The notes: generated from the sequence alone by a model not told the origin. Positions 17,901 to 26,841 are shown, numbered from the stretch's first letter. The stretch: DNA of 64,000 nt from an uncultured Burkholderiales bacterium (GCA_964615175.1 CAZTOV010000001.1:42439-106438); one strand, 5' to 3'. Numbers and translations are program-made.

Positions 17901-20390
17901 ACGGGCCTGTCGACGGTGCTGCCGGGCGTGAAGGTCGACACGTCGAAGAACAGTACCGCCGAGCCGTCTTTCACCTACGACTGGCTGTTCAACAATCCGA
18001 GTGGAGAGGCGCAGAACCATCTCGGTCCGCATCTGAGCGCGACCCCCGCACCACCCCATTCCGGTCAGCGGGAGCTGCGGTTGGGTGCGATTCGTGACGC
18101 GGTGTTGGAGAACGGGTTGTCGGAGGCGGAGGCGGTGGGGTTGTTCTACGACGGGGGGCCGGCCGATTCGGAGGGTGGTGGCACGGGCGAGGATGTGAAG
18201 CGCCGGCGTGGTGGCGATGTGCACGATTTCTTCGACGCGCAGGTCGACGGGTTCTGTCGGAACGCGCCGTTCGGGTTCGGTGACCGGGAGGAGTGCGCGG
18301 AGTTCCAATCCAGGTTCCAGGACCACCACGAGGGCGATCCCGGCGATCCCGACGACGACGGGTTCGATGGGGAGTTCGGGCCGTATGAGGCGGGGTTCGA
18401 GGAGTTCGTGGATCGGGGGATGCGGGAGGTGGACGGTGACCGTCGGCTCGAGGGGGGGTGCCGGCCGCGTGAGGACCGCAACGGTGACGGGCGGATCGAC
18501 GAGAAGGACAACAGCGGGCGGTTCGAGCAGGCGGACGATCCGGACACCGACGGGGTGAACGAGGCGGATTGTTGGGAGGAGTTCGACCGCGACGATCCGC
18601 GTTGCGACGAGGACGGCGACGGGAACGTGGATTGCCGCGGGCGGGGGAGTGTGGAGGAGGACGCGGGGGTGACGTACGCGTCGGAGTGCGCGGACCCCGG
18701 GTCCAAGGACGCGTCGTTCGCGGGGTCGCGGACGTCGTGTGAGCAGGCCGAGTTCGGCCGGACCGAGGCGAGCGCGCAGCTCGAGCCGCTGGTGTTCACC
18801 CCGAGCGGGGGGTCGGGGGCGTCGACGAGCTTCTCGGTGGGGGCGTCGGGCTCGGAGACCCGTGTCTTCCGTGATCCCGACGAGGGGATGGTGGTGGAGG
18901 TGACGGCCACCGCCTCGGACGTGGAGGTCGGGGTGCCGGAGAGGGGGTCGTTGTCGATCGGGGAGGTGCGCACGACCGCCCGCGCCAGGGCGAAGGGCCG
19001 TCCGGGGACCGCAGGTTCGTGGGCCGAGGTGGTCTACGAGGACGTGGTGATCCGCGATGCGGAGGGCGAGATCCGCCTGGCGTGTGGGCGCTCGGACCCG
19101 AATGCGGGCGCTGTGGGCGCCGACCCCGAGGCGGGCGCCGACAACCTCGATCGCAACGGGGATGGCGACTCGGACGGCGACGACGCGTTGTATGCGGCGG
19201 GGTTGACTCCCGACGAGCGGTTCGGCGGCGAGGACGGGGATGCGGCGGCGGTGGCGTGCGACCCGCACCGGGTGGTCGAGGTGATCAATGCGGTGTTCAC
19301 GGATCGGGTGCGGGCGACGACCTCGGGTCGGGACATGCGGCCCAAGTTCACGGGGAGCCCGGGTGGGGCGCAGGCGATGGTGCAGCGCGACCCGGTGGAC
19401 GAGATGTCGGACCGGGTGATCAACGAGATCTTCGGGCTGTGGGAGCTGCCGGGCCTCCAGTTGACGATCTACAACGACGGGTTCCGTGCCAACCGGGTCC
19501 AGATCGACCTGGCGGCGGTGTTCGCGGAGACCCACTACGAGATCGGCGATCCCCGCGGCGAGGTGGTGGAGACGCCGGGGTCGGTGTCGGTCGAGTTGTC
19601 GGACCCGGCGGGAGCGCCGCTGGCGGGCGGCCACTTCGCGCTGGTCGCCGACACCGACGGCGACGGCGAGCGCGGGCCCGCCGACGCAGTCGAGGACCAG
19701 TGCACGACCGGCGCGGCCGGATCCTGCAGCTTCGACGACCTGGACGTGGGCTCGTACCTGGTGATGCAGCGCTCCGCCCCGCCGGGCTTCCTGGCCGAGG
19801 GTGCGCCGGCGCCGGTGTTCGTCTCGCAGGGTGCGAGCCAGACGGTCAGTTTTGTGAACGCGCCGAACTCGGCGGCGGTCGAGGTGCAACTCGTCGACCC
19901 GTCAGGGACGCCGCTGGCGGGCGGCGAGTTCGCGCTGGTCGGCGACGTGGACGGCGACGGGGCGTTGGATCCGACCGATCGGGTGGCGGGCTCGTGTGTG
20001 ACCGGCGGGGCGGGCACATGCCGCTTCGATCAGGTGGCGCTGGGAGCGTACGTGCTGCAGCAGGGCGCGGCGCCGGGCGGCCTTCAGGCCGCGGACGACA
20101 TCGCGTTCTCGCTCGCCAACCCGGGTCAGGTGGCGCGCATCACGGTGGTGAACGGGCCTTCGGTGGCGAGCGGGCGGGTGGAGATCATCGAGATCATCCA
20201 TTCGCAACCGACCTCGTCGGACGGCCAGAACCCGTTCTGGCTCACACAACTCCCCGGGGCGCTGGCCGCGATCCTGCTGCGCGGATGGCTCCAAGCGCTG
20301 CTCTTCGCCCTCACCGGCCTGCTGTTCGGCGCCCCCGCGTACCTGGCGCACCGCCGGCGCGAGCTGGAAATGGCCAAGGAGGCGAGCTGA
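14934..20390 (+). CDS. Giant surface-anchored BNR / TSP3-like / Cna-B-like protein, paralog B
   Basis: Collinear with paralog A over its whole length, with the same Asp-boxes, acidic repeats, two prealbumin-like repeats and C-terminal TM. ATG 14934 corresponds to ATG 241 of copy A. The ORF-track GTG at 14919 is an alternative start. Confidence 0.9.
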   Translation: MVLTGGSYRSPKRPVTLMAAVLAALMVPAAPLPGQERQPVAQAQSSEDAPEAVWRAMRRDWLTGWDQDPDNPVLTSGQFTDIAFPSATVGFATRHKTGTTGDRLLRTGDGGSTWVGLPQAKSFEQENAHGVAFSDEDRGVVVGATGVVTTTADSGASWTPGQTPSGTPDLNGVAYASPEVVVAVGDDHTVLRSGDGGASWEEIRHDATAPDLLRVAFAPGAAGTGVAVGDEGEMLWTGDAGLTWTEVESGVETALRDVAFFPTDPDGADLGVAVGDDGVILRTTDGGESWTGEGVRTTFDEVERDERPGFLGVALSDTADEEAPRVGYVVGERLTVLEMRDQEGSRWAPAPVDARALTKTMALSGLALAGNPTEHLTSVAIGLADTQEGEPTAVTVGNVGAVVKRTPLDDSQQLIDDRWWRCAPDAAAGQAEEAPEAARCDEGEMPIPRAEEGTGPTPAGECTFAPGQTGDEQLPCVATWQPRNEDGEVPDSDDGRFAQDHRQQMFVDENFDEGRRVVLLRQTGSTDAIRVFLFDPDKLVQRGVDGFGNGEEAAFAGSSFFGFETGVVNLSHIKTRSGRGIPSLTDVRLSAYDPGNHRLFMATSNTCRGIDGCQVDPAITSMSITGEFEPAVTTVSRVDQGARTNLTIQSVAFDAEREMLYVVTETSPYQDQFNVFPHVPQEGFTTVQVTLHAFDAGDDPATPEVDESEDGGLVHRWSVPVEDRGCRTTFNLPGLGVSHDGDSIAFACQGYSTPYFMNPPFEPHKIVNVQLDFRGQRHPRELRPNLPGDVTIDVEPIGGGLGFVEGPPFFTHVIPERELLVWNQPNSGATLYDYGVGGWIGSVPAPHIQQMEGDARTGRLYASCIKCLQNSEGNRTDRGLVMADTVNLPVDDLAAEALPKPHLNHPSQDGKVSTAMAVVSPPSGESGSPRVVAVDHSEPSVHVYEDAVPPAQLLESPDPDAATRDIDEAEASSVTRIGRASGYGARLWWTGLSTVLPGVKVDTSKNSTAEPSFTYDWLFNNPSGEAQNHLGPHLSATPAPPHSGQRELRLGAIRDAVLENGLSEAEAVGLFYDGGPADSEGGGTGEDVKRRRGGDVHDFFDAQVDGFCRNAPFGFGDREECAEFQSRFQDHHEGDPGDPDDDGFDGEFGPYEAGFEEFVDRGMREVDGDRRLEGGCRPREDRNGDGRIDEKDNSGRFEQADDPDTDGVNEADCWEEFDRDDPRCDEDGDGNVDCRGRGSVEEDAGVTYASECADPGSKDASFAGSRTSCEQAEFGRTEASAQLEPLVFTPSGGSGASTSFSVGASGSETRVFRDPDEGMVVEVTATASDVEVGVPERGSLSIGEVRTTARARAKGRPGTAGSWAEVVYEDVVIRDAEGEIRLACGRSDPNAGAVGADPEAGADNLDRNGDGDSDGDDALYAAGLTPDERFGGEDGDAAAVACDPHRVVEVINAVFTDRVRATTSGRDMRPKFTGSPGGAQAMVQRDPVDEMSDRVINEIFGLWELPGLQLTIYNDGFRANRVQIDLAAVFAETHYEIGDPRGEVVETPGSVSVELSDPAGAPLAGGHFALVADTDGDGERGPADAVEDQCTTGAAGSCSFDDLDVGSYLVMQRSAPPGFLAEGAPAPVFVSQGASQTVSFVNAPNSAAVEVQLVDPSGTPLAGGEFALVGDVDGDGALDPTDRVAGSCVTGGAGTCRFDQVALGAYVLQQGAAPGGLQAADDIAFSLANPGQVARITVVNGPSVASGRVEIIEIIHSQPTSSDGQNPFWLTQLPGALAAILLRGWLQALLFALTGLLFGAPAYLAHRRRELEMAKEAS

Positions 20391-20511
20391 TGGACCAGCC
20401 GATCACCCGCAGCCGGCACCGCGCCGCCCGAACCCTCTCGGGCCCCGGCGAAGCGGCCGGCCGCCACAGAGTTGGAGTTCACAAGTCTCGAGTACATGGA
20501 GGATGTTTTCG

Positions 20512-20568
20512 ATGAACGAGCGTGCAGCTTTCGAACGCCACCGAGCGAGCGTGGGGCTCGGCTCCTAG
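20512..20568 (+). pseudogene. Deletion scar: 18-codon in-frame fusion of the SBP gene start and the 11478-12059 ORF end
   Basis: It encodes MNERAAFERHRASVGLGS*. The first 6 codons equal 5837-5854 (MNERAA), and the last ~10 parallel ..RHRSRVGLGS* at 12025-12059. Confidence 0.65.
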
Positions 20569-20586
20569 CTCCCGGGCGCGGCACCG

Positions 20587-22248
20587 ATGATCAGGAGGCG
20601 GCCCACACTTCCCCAGGCCCTCGGCTGCCTCGGAGTGGTGCTCGCGGTCGTCGGCCTGCCGGTGCCGGGCGGTGACGGAGCCGCCGCGGCCGGCAGCGAG
20701 CCACCGAACGAGCGTACGTGGACGGCGGTCGAACTCGACGACGCGCCCGCCGACCGACTCGCCTTGGCCGTGAGGCCCGGGGCCATCGCGGTGGCCCACG
20801 CCCGCGAGCAGCGCCAGGGGGGCGGTCTCGACTACCTGCTCTGCGACGCCGACTGCTCGTCGCGGTCGGGGTGGCGGCGCACGACTGTGGCCCGGGGGCC
20901 CTACGTCTGGCAGATCTCGACGGCCTTCGACCCCTGGGGGAACCCGCACCTCGCGTACCGCTCCGGCCAGGACCTCGTCTACGCCACGTGCGTGGACGCG
21001 TGCGACGATGAGGCGTCGTGGTCCGCGGTCAGCCTGGGGCCCGTCAGCGTGCACGACCGGGACTACGGGCACAGCACGTACACGGGGATCTCCATCGGCC
21101 TCGACGAGTGGGGGCGCCCCCGGATCGCCTACGTCGACGAGCGCACTGACGACGGCGACGCCGGCGGCCCCGCGCTGAAGTTCGCCTCCTGCGAGACGGC
21201 CTGCGACGACCCCGAGCAGTGGACCGTCGCGCGCATCGCCACGCCCGCCCCGTACCCCGCGCAGCCCCGGCTCTCGCACGCCGGTAACCGCCCGCGCATT
21301 GCCTACACGGCTCAGGTCGGCCTCGCCCGCACCGTGTTCTACACGGCCTGCGACGAGCACTGCCTCGGACCCGACCAGTGGCAGCACCAACGCATCCGAG
21401 GGAAGGGCCCGTCGCTCCATGGCTCCTTCGGCTTCCGCCTCGACGGTGACCGACCCCGGCTCGCCGTTCCCGCCGAGCACGCCGGATTCGTCCACTGCGA
21501 CGCTGCCTGCGCTGCCAGCGACCCGTGGCCCCAGCCGGTGATCGTCGACGACCGCTCGTTCGCCGGGCAAGCGGACCTCGCGCTCGCCCGTGACGGGCCC
21601 CGCCTCGTGTTCGTCAGCGGCCGCCGCGGCTGGTTGCACCTCGCCGCCTGCGACTCGTCCTGCGACCTCGCGGGATCGTGGACCGTGACCGAGTCGCGTT
21701 CGTTCGCGGGGCGACCCACGATCGCGGCCGACGGGCAACGCCTCCGCGTCGCCTACGTCAGCGATCGCGACGACCGCGGCGCCGGACCGCTCGTCGTCCA
21801 ACAGTGCGACACCCCCTGCGGCGAGCCGGCCGCGCTCCGACCCGCGCCCAGTGGCGAACCGCCCCCGTCGACCTCGACCCACCCGCCCACGCCCCCGGCC
21901 GCCACCGCGCAGCGGCAGGCGCCGCCGCCGCCACCGACCGACTTCGAAGGGCCGCCGGCGAGCGAGCTGCTCGAGGAGGCACCCGGGGCCCCGGCATCGC
22001 CGGACGCCCACGACGTCATCGACCGCCGACGAACCCATCCCGCGGGGGCTGGCTCGGCCACCGTGCCTCCTGGCAATGACCACGCGACCAGCGGCTCCGC
22101 GCCACCGCGGCCGTCGCGGGTAGGAACCACCAACTCCGGACCACCGATCACCTTCGTCCTCGCAGTCCTCGCCGGAACCCTCGCGTGGATCGCCAACCGC
22201 GCCCGCCGGCGACACCGCGCGATCGCCACCACCCTGCACCGCCGATGA
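20587..22248 (+). CDS. Secreted/membrane-anchored protein with seven CDxxC-x(4-5)-W repeats (propeller-like), Pro-rich stalk and C-terminal TM
   Basis: N-terminal signal (LGCLGVVLAVVGLPVPG). Repeats are LLCDADCSSRSGW, ATCVDACDDEASW, ASCETACDDPEQW, TACDEHCLGPDQW, VHCDAACAASDPW, AACDSSCDLAGSW and QQCDTPCGEP, most of them preceded by RPRIAY-like strands. A PPPS/T stalk and TM ITFVLAVLAGTLAWIANRARRRHR follow. Confidence 0.75.
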   Translation: MIRRRPTLPQALGCLGVVLAVVGLPVPGGDGAAAAGSEPPNERTWTAVELDDAPADRLALAVRPGAIAVAHAREQRQGGGLDYLLCDADCSSRSGWRRTTVARGPYVWQISTAFDPWGNPHLAYRSGQDLVYATCVDACDDEASWSAVSLGPVSVHDRDYGHSTYTGISIGLDEWGRPRIAYVDERTDDGDAGGPALKFASCETACDDPEQWTVARIATPAPYPAQPRLSHAGNRPRIAYTAQVGLARTVFYTACDEHCLGPDQWQHQRIRGKGPSLHGSFGFRLDGDRPRLAVPAEHAGFVHCDAACAASDPWPQPVIVDDRSFAGQADLALARDGPRLVFVSGRRGWLHLAACDSSCDLAGSWTVTESRSFAGRPTIAADGQRLRVAYVSDRDDRGAGPLVVQQCDTPCGEPAALRPAPSGEPPPSTSTHPPTPPAATAQRQAPPPPPTDFEGPPASELLEEAPGAPASPDAHDVIDRRRTHPAGAGSATVPPGNDHATSGSAPPRPSRVGTTNSGPPITFVLAVLAGTLAWIANRARRRHRAIATTLHRR

Positions 22249-22331
22249 AACGGCACCGCCATTCACGACGCGTCCGTACGTGTGATGCGGGGTCGAGAAC
22301 CTGCAGATGTGATGTCTTTCACCGGTGTAAC

Positions 22332-22347
22332 TCCCCCGATCGGGGGA
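22332..22347. repeat. Perfect 16-bp palindrome TCCCCCGATCGGGGGA (family copy)
   Basis: Exact 16-mer also found at 45579-45594 and inside 61263-61282. It lies 34 nt upstream of the amine oxidase start. Confidence 0.9.
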
Positions 22348-22381
22348 TCCGCGGCGTTCTTCGACCGCGCATGCTCCAGTC

Positions 22382-23995
22382 GTGAGTGAGCGGGCCGGTC
22401 TTCCTCCGACGACGGATGCGTTCGGAATCTCTCGACGCGGCTTCCTCGGCGCATCCGGAGCCGCGGGAGCAGTCGCGCTGACCGGACGGAGGGCCTCACG
22501 AGCGCTCGAGCGCATCGGCAAGGACGAACGTGCCGATGTCGCCATCGTGGGGGCGGGGATCGCAGGGCTCGTGGCCGCTCGGGCACTTCGGGCCGGTGGT
22601 CTCGATGTGCTCGTTCTCGAAGCGAGCGACCACGCAGGAGGGCGCGTCGCCTCCGGTGACGGCGACCTCCCGATCGATCCCGCGGTGCCGGCGACCCACG
22701 ACTCGGTGGTCCACCTCGCCGAGGCGATCGGCCTGCGAACCCGGTCGGTCACCTCGAGCGGCAAGCGGGTGATCCTCCACCGGCGGGAGCGCCGTCTCGG
22801 CGAAGGTAGTTCGATCTCGGGCGACGCGGCCCTCGATCGTGAGATCGGCGTCGCGCTGAGTCGCCTCAACCTGATGGCAGCGGAGGTCGACCCGGCGGCG
22901 CCGTGGGCGAAGCCCAACGCCGAGGCGCGTGACGCGACCGCCTTCGGCACCTGGATCGCGGCGAACGTGCGTCGAGGTCCGGCCGAGGACTTCATGACGC
23001 TGATCACGCGGGTGTTGTGGGCGGCCGAGCCGGCGGAGTTGTCACTGCTCCACGTGCTCGCCACCATCGCGGGTGCCGGAGGCGTGAGCCATCTCTTGAA
23101 CGCCTCGCTGGCGCCGGGGTTTCGCGGACCGGTCCTCGCTCCGACCCCCGGTCATCACTCAGCGGGGCGTGGCTGTCAGGCCTGCCGCAGCCACGACCAG
23201 CCCTGGGTGAGCATTCGTCGTGGCGACGTGCCGAGCGAACGAGTCAGAATCCAGGGTGGGCCCGCAGGGCTCGTAGATCGCCTCGTGAAGAGCGCGTCGG
23301 CGAGCTTGCGATCACCGGCCCCGGTGCAGACGATCGTGCAGGGCGACGCGGGCGTGACCCTCGAAGGACCCGACTTTCGGGTGACCGCGGGCCGCGCCTT
23401 GGTCGCGGTTCCCATGTCTTCGCTGACGCGCGTCGAGTTCCAGCCGGCCCTCACCGCCGACGAGTCCGGACTGCGCCTGTCGGGTGGTGACGTCGTGACC
23501 CTCGTTTGTCACTACGACCGCCCGTTCTGGGAGGGCAACGGTCTGTCGGGCCTGGCCCTGTCGACGAGCGGCCCGCTCACGCTCGGTCAGGCCCGACGGA
23601 ATGGCGGCGAGGGGGTGATCGTGAGCCACGCGTGCGGAGCCGCGGCAAGATCTTGGCTCGAACACGGGGGAACCAGCGTCGGGGATGCGCTCGGCGCCCT
23701 CGCCGACTGGTTCGGCCCCGAGGCCGCAGAACCGCGCGACGCCGTGCTCACCGATTGGAGGGACAGTCCGTGGCACGGCGTCGGGTGGGGCCTGGTCGCC
23801 CCTCCGGGCACCGTGACTTCGACCGTCCGCGCCTCGCGACGGCGGCATGATCGCGTCCACTGGGCAGGAGCCGAACGATCCGCGACCTGGGCCGGGTGGC
23901 TCGAAGGGGCGGTTCGGTCCGGTGAAGGCGCCGCCCGCGAGGTCCTGGCGGCCCTCGGCGAGCGCCCGTCCGCTGGGATCGGAGCCGAGCTGTGA
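22382..23995 (+). CDS. Flavin-dependent amine oxidase (monoamine/polyamine oxidase family) with twin-arginine (Tat) signal
   Basis: Tat motif SRRGFLGASGAAGAVAL and FAD dinucleotide fold DVAIVGAGIAGLVAARAL..VLEASDHAGGR. The C-terminal amine-oxidase region includes RVHWAGAERSATWAGWLEGAVRSG. Confidence 0.8.
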   Translation: MSERAGLPPTTDAFGISRRGFLGASGAAGAVALTGRRASRALERIGKDERADVAIVGAGIAGLVAARALRAGGLDVLVLEASDHAGGRVASGDGDLPIDPAVPATHDSVVHLAEAIGLRTRSVTSSGKRVILHRRERRLGEGSSISGDAALDREIGVALSRLNLMAAEVDPAAPWAKPNAEARDATAFGTWIAANVRRGPAEDFMTLITRVLWAAEPAELSLLHVLATIAGAGGVSHLLNASLAPGFRGPVLAPTPGHHSAGRGCQACRSHDQPWVSIRRGDVPSERVRIQGGPAGLVDRLVKSASASLRSPAPVQTIVQGDAGVTLEGPDFRVTAGRALVAVPMSSLTRVEFQPALTADESGLRLSGGDVVTLVCHYDRPFWEGNGLSGLALSTSGPLTLGQARRNGGEGVIVSHACGAAARSWLEHGGTSVGDALGALADWFGPEAAEPRDAVLTDWRDSPWHGVGWGLVAPPGTVTSTVRASRRRHDRVHWAGAERSATWAGWLEGAVRSGEGAAREVLAALGERPSAGIGAEL

Positions 23996-24020
23996 GACTG
24001 ACGCGAGGGGCTGTCCGGCG

Positions 24021-25964
24021 ATGGTGAGCATCGAGAGCCCCGGCGGCTACGTCGTCGATGTCCAGCCCTACGGGCCGTCGGACCGCGATCTCGAGGCTCT
24101 CCGCGGCGAGCTGGTTTCCGCCGGACCCCTGGCCCGGCTCCTCGACGGCGGGCGATTCCGCTGGTTGTCGTTCCACGTCGTCCCGCAGGTGCAGAAGGGC
24201 GAGCCCGAGCTGCTGCCACCTCGTGCCTATTCGGCGACGCTCTACGACTACACGAACAACTGGACCGTTGACGTCGCCGGTCTCCTGGACGACCCGACAA
24301 GGGTCGAGCTGGGCCAGACCGTCTCGCAGCCCATCCCGACCGTGGAGGAGTTTCGCGATGCGGTGGCCGTCCTCGGAGCCGACCCGCGGTGGGGCCCCCT
24401 CATCGAGTCGGGCGCCGTGCAGCCGTACATGCCGATGCCGCCGTTCTTCGACGACCCCCGACTCGACGGACGCCCGCACCGGATCCTGGCGGTCGGCCTC
24501 TACGCACCGGACCCAGCGGGAGACCGCCCGGACGCGCTGAACGAGCTGCTCGGCGACCGAGCGCACCAGCGAGTGGGCGTCGACCTCTCACAGCAGACGG
24601 TCGGTCCGCAGCAGATCCCCGAAGAGGGCGAACCGTGCGACTGCTCCGGTGACTGCGGCGCGCCCATCAGCGACGACGGGTGCCCCTCCACCGGATCGAG
24701 CGGAGAGGTCGAGATCGTGGTGTCGGCGCCGGACGGCAGCCAGATCTGGCGTCTTCTCGCGATCAGGCCCGCAGCGACGCGCGGGCCGGTGTTCGGCCCG
24801 CCGCTCGCGAGGATTCTCAGCGAACTCAACATCGACAACGACCACACCGTGAGCACCAACGGCTGCGGTGTCGAGCTGATCGATGTTCGCTACCGCACTC
24901 GGCGGGTGATGTTCCAGGGTCATGTGCCCATCTTGAACGTCGAATACCAGGGGCCCGAGCGGTGCTGCGGCTGCGGGCCGACGTTTCGCGACTGGCTCGA
25001 CAGCGAAGCCTGCTTCGAGGCCGTCGGCGACGACGTCATGCCCGGCATTCGTATGTGTACCGAGAAGCCCCGCACGCTGATCGACTCTGGCTTCGACGGT
25101 GGGAACTTCCGCGGGATGGCGATCTTCCTCGACGGCAACGACCTCATGCTGACCAGCGAGCTGAAGGCGGGCTGGTACCGGTACATGACCGAGTGGGGCC
25201 TGCTCTCGAACGGCACCATTCGGCCCCGCTTCGGGTTCTCGGCGATTCACAACCCGTGCACGTGCCAGACGCACATCCACCACGCCTACTGGCGGTTCGA
25301 CCTCGATGTCGACGGGACGTCCAATCGCGTCGAGGAGTTCAACGAAGACGACGAGCTGCTGGGCACAGGCTGGACGCCACTCCCTGTGGAGGTCTCGCGC
25401 CTTCGTGACGAGGCCACCAACCGGCACTGGAAGATCAGCTCGTCCTTCTTCCCCCTGTCGTCGAACGACGAGCACTACCTGCTCATGCCGGGGCCGCGCG
25501 ACGGAGAGGCCGACTTGTATGGGGGCGCCGACGTGTGGTTCCTCCACCACCACGACCACGAGATCGATGACGACCAGGGCTTCAACCAGAGCCCGGTGCT
25601 GACACGGCAGCGCATCGACCTGTTCATGGACGGGGAAGTCATCGAAGACCAGGACCTCGTCGTCTGGTACGCGGCGCACTTCACACACGAGCACGACGAA
25701 GAGGTGCCCGACGAGGAGGAGATCGGCGAGTTCCTCGGCCCGGATCTGGTCTGCTCCTGGGCTGAGGACATTCCCGATCCGACCACCACGACGACCACGA
25801 GCACGACCAGCACGACATCCACCTCGACGACGACCACGACGACTCCCGGTCAAGGGGGAGGCGGCGGTGGGGGAGGCGGCGGCGGTGGTGGAGGTGGCGG
25901 TGGTTCCGACCACGGCGGAGGAGGCGGCTCCGGCGGCGGAGGAGGCGGCAGTGGGAACACTTGA
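24021..25964 (+). CDS. Copper-amine-oxidase-like protein (His ligand motifs retained, TPQ Tyr apparently absent) with Thr-rich/poly-Gly tail
   Basis: THIHHAYWRFDLDVDG resembles the CuAO HxH..RLDxxxDG motif, and VVWYAAHFTHEHDEE resembles the third-His region. At the expected N-Y-D/E site the sequence is LTSELKAGWYRY. The C-terminus is TTTTTTSTTSTTSTSTTTTTTPGQ followed by G(17)SDHGGGGGSGGGGGG. ATG 24021 lies 26 nt after the upstream stop. Confidence 0.5.
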   Translation: MVSIESPGGYVVDVQPYGPSDRDLEALRGELVSAGPLARLLDGGRFRWLSFHVVPQVQKGEPELLPPRAYSATLYDYTNNWTVDVAGLLDDPTRVELGQTVSQPIPTVEEFRDAVAVLGADPRWGPLIESGAVQPYMPMPPFFDDPRLDGRPHRILAVGLYAPDPAGDRPDALNELLGDRAHQRVGVDLSQQTVGPQQIPEEGEPCDCSGDCGAPISDDGCPSTGSSGEVEIVVSAPDGSQIWRLLAIRPAATRGPVFGPPLARILSELNIDNDHTVSTNGCGVELIDVRYRTRRVMFQGHVPILNVEYQGPERCCGCGPTFRDWLDSEACFEAVGDDVMPGIRMCTEKPRTLIDSGFDGGNFRGMAIFLDGNDLMLTSELKAGWYRYMTEWGLLSNGTIRPRFGFSAIHNPCTCQTHIHHAYWRFDLDVDGTSNRVEEFNEDDELLGTGWTPLPVEVSRLRDEATNRHWKISSSFFPLSSNDEHYLLMPGPRDGEADLYGGADVWFLHHHDHEIDDDQGFNQSPVLTRQRIDLFMDGEVIEDQDLVVWYAAHFTHEHDEEVPDEEEIGEFLGPDLVCSWAEDIPDPTTTTTTSTTSTTSTSTTTTTTPGQGGGGGGGGGGGGGGGGGSDHGGGGGSGGGGGGSGNT

Positions 25965-25986
25965 CGTAGCCGGGCGCGCCGGGTCG

Positions 25987-26841
25987 ATGCGGCTCGTGAC
26001 GGTCGTCGTCGGTCTCCTTCTGCTGCTCTCTGCGTGCAAGGTCGAGATGGAGGTTGCGACGACCGTCGAAGAGGACGGGTCGGGCGAGCTCGCCGTCCAA
26101 CTCATGTTGGGTGAGACCGCCCGGTCGACCTTGCAGGAGAGCGAGCCGGCCACAGACGACTTGGAGGAGCGGAGGCGGATCATCGCGGAAGAGGGTCCGG
26201 AGGCTCTCGAGGTCAAGGGGCCCGATCCGGTCGATGTGCTCGCCGAGACAGTCCCCGACGGATGGCGTCACGAGCGCGTCGTCGACGGCAAGATCGAGGG
26301 ATTGCGTCTCACCACTCGATTCGGAGCTGTTGACGAGATCCCGGACCGTCTCGAGCGCTTGAACGATTGGGGTGACGAGTTCGCCACTCAATACGAGAGC
26401 GATGCAGCAGAGATCGGGCTCGGCGTGGTGACCAACGGGTTTGCCATCGAGCGCGATGACCCGCTGTTCCACCTTCGAGGGGAGCCTGATGCCCGCCCGT
26501 ATGAAGGGGCGACGGGCGGGCCCAACAACCTCCTCGCCGAATTCACCATCTCCGTGAAGCTCCCCGGCGGGGTTCGAGATCACAACGCCGACGAGGAGAC
26601 CGACGGCGCGCTGGTCTGGCACATCGCCCCCGGCACTGCACGCGAGATCTCGGCGACGTCGGACCTGACCTACGACCCCTTCGAGATCCCGTGGACGCCG
26701 ATCGCGGTGGGTGGCGCGACCGCCGGCATGGTCGGGCTCCTGGCGTTGCGGAGCCTGCGCGAGCGCCGCCGGGCGGCGTCGGGTCGCGACGAGCCGCCGG
26801 GGCCCACCGGGATGCACGACGACGTTCCCGTACCCGTCTGA
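25987..26841 (+). CDS. LppM-like lipoprotein (N-terminal lipobox, C-terminal TM)
   Basis: MRLVTVVVGLLLLLSAC has the lipobox LSAC. C-terminal helix WTPIAVGGATAGMVGLLALRSLRERRR. The family name is from memory (DUF3153/LppM) and is tentative. Confidence 0.6.
   Translation: MRLVTVVVGLLLLLSACKVEMEVATTVEEDGSGELAVQLMLGETARSTLQESEPATDDLEERRRIIAEEGPEALEVKGPDPVDVLAETVPDGWRHERVVDGKIEGLRLTTRFGAVDEIPDRLERLNDWGDEFATQYESDAAEIGLGVVTNGFAIERDDPLFHLRGEPDARPYEGATGGPNNLLAEFTISVKLPGGVRDHNADEETDGALVWHIAPGTAREISATSDLTYDPFEIPWTPIAVGGATAGMVGLLALRSLRERRRAASGRDEPPGPTGMHDDVPVPV

Noticed and set aside
25780-25964. Repetitive ACC/ACG and GGC/GGT/GGA codon runs that look like tandem DNA repeats.
   Set aside because: They are in frame with the 24021 ORF and encode poly-Thr/Ser and poly-Gly low-complexity tails. 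There is no spacer/repeat organisation, so this is not a CRISPR array or a satellite.
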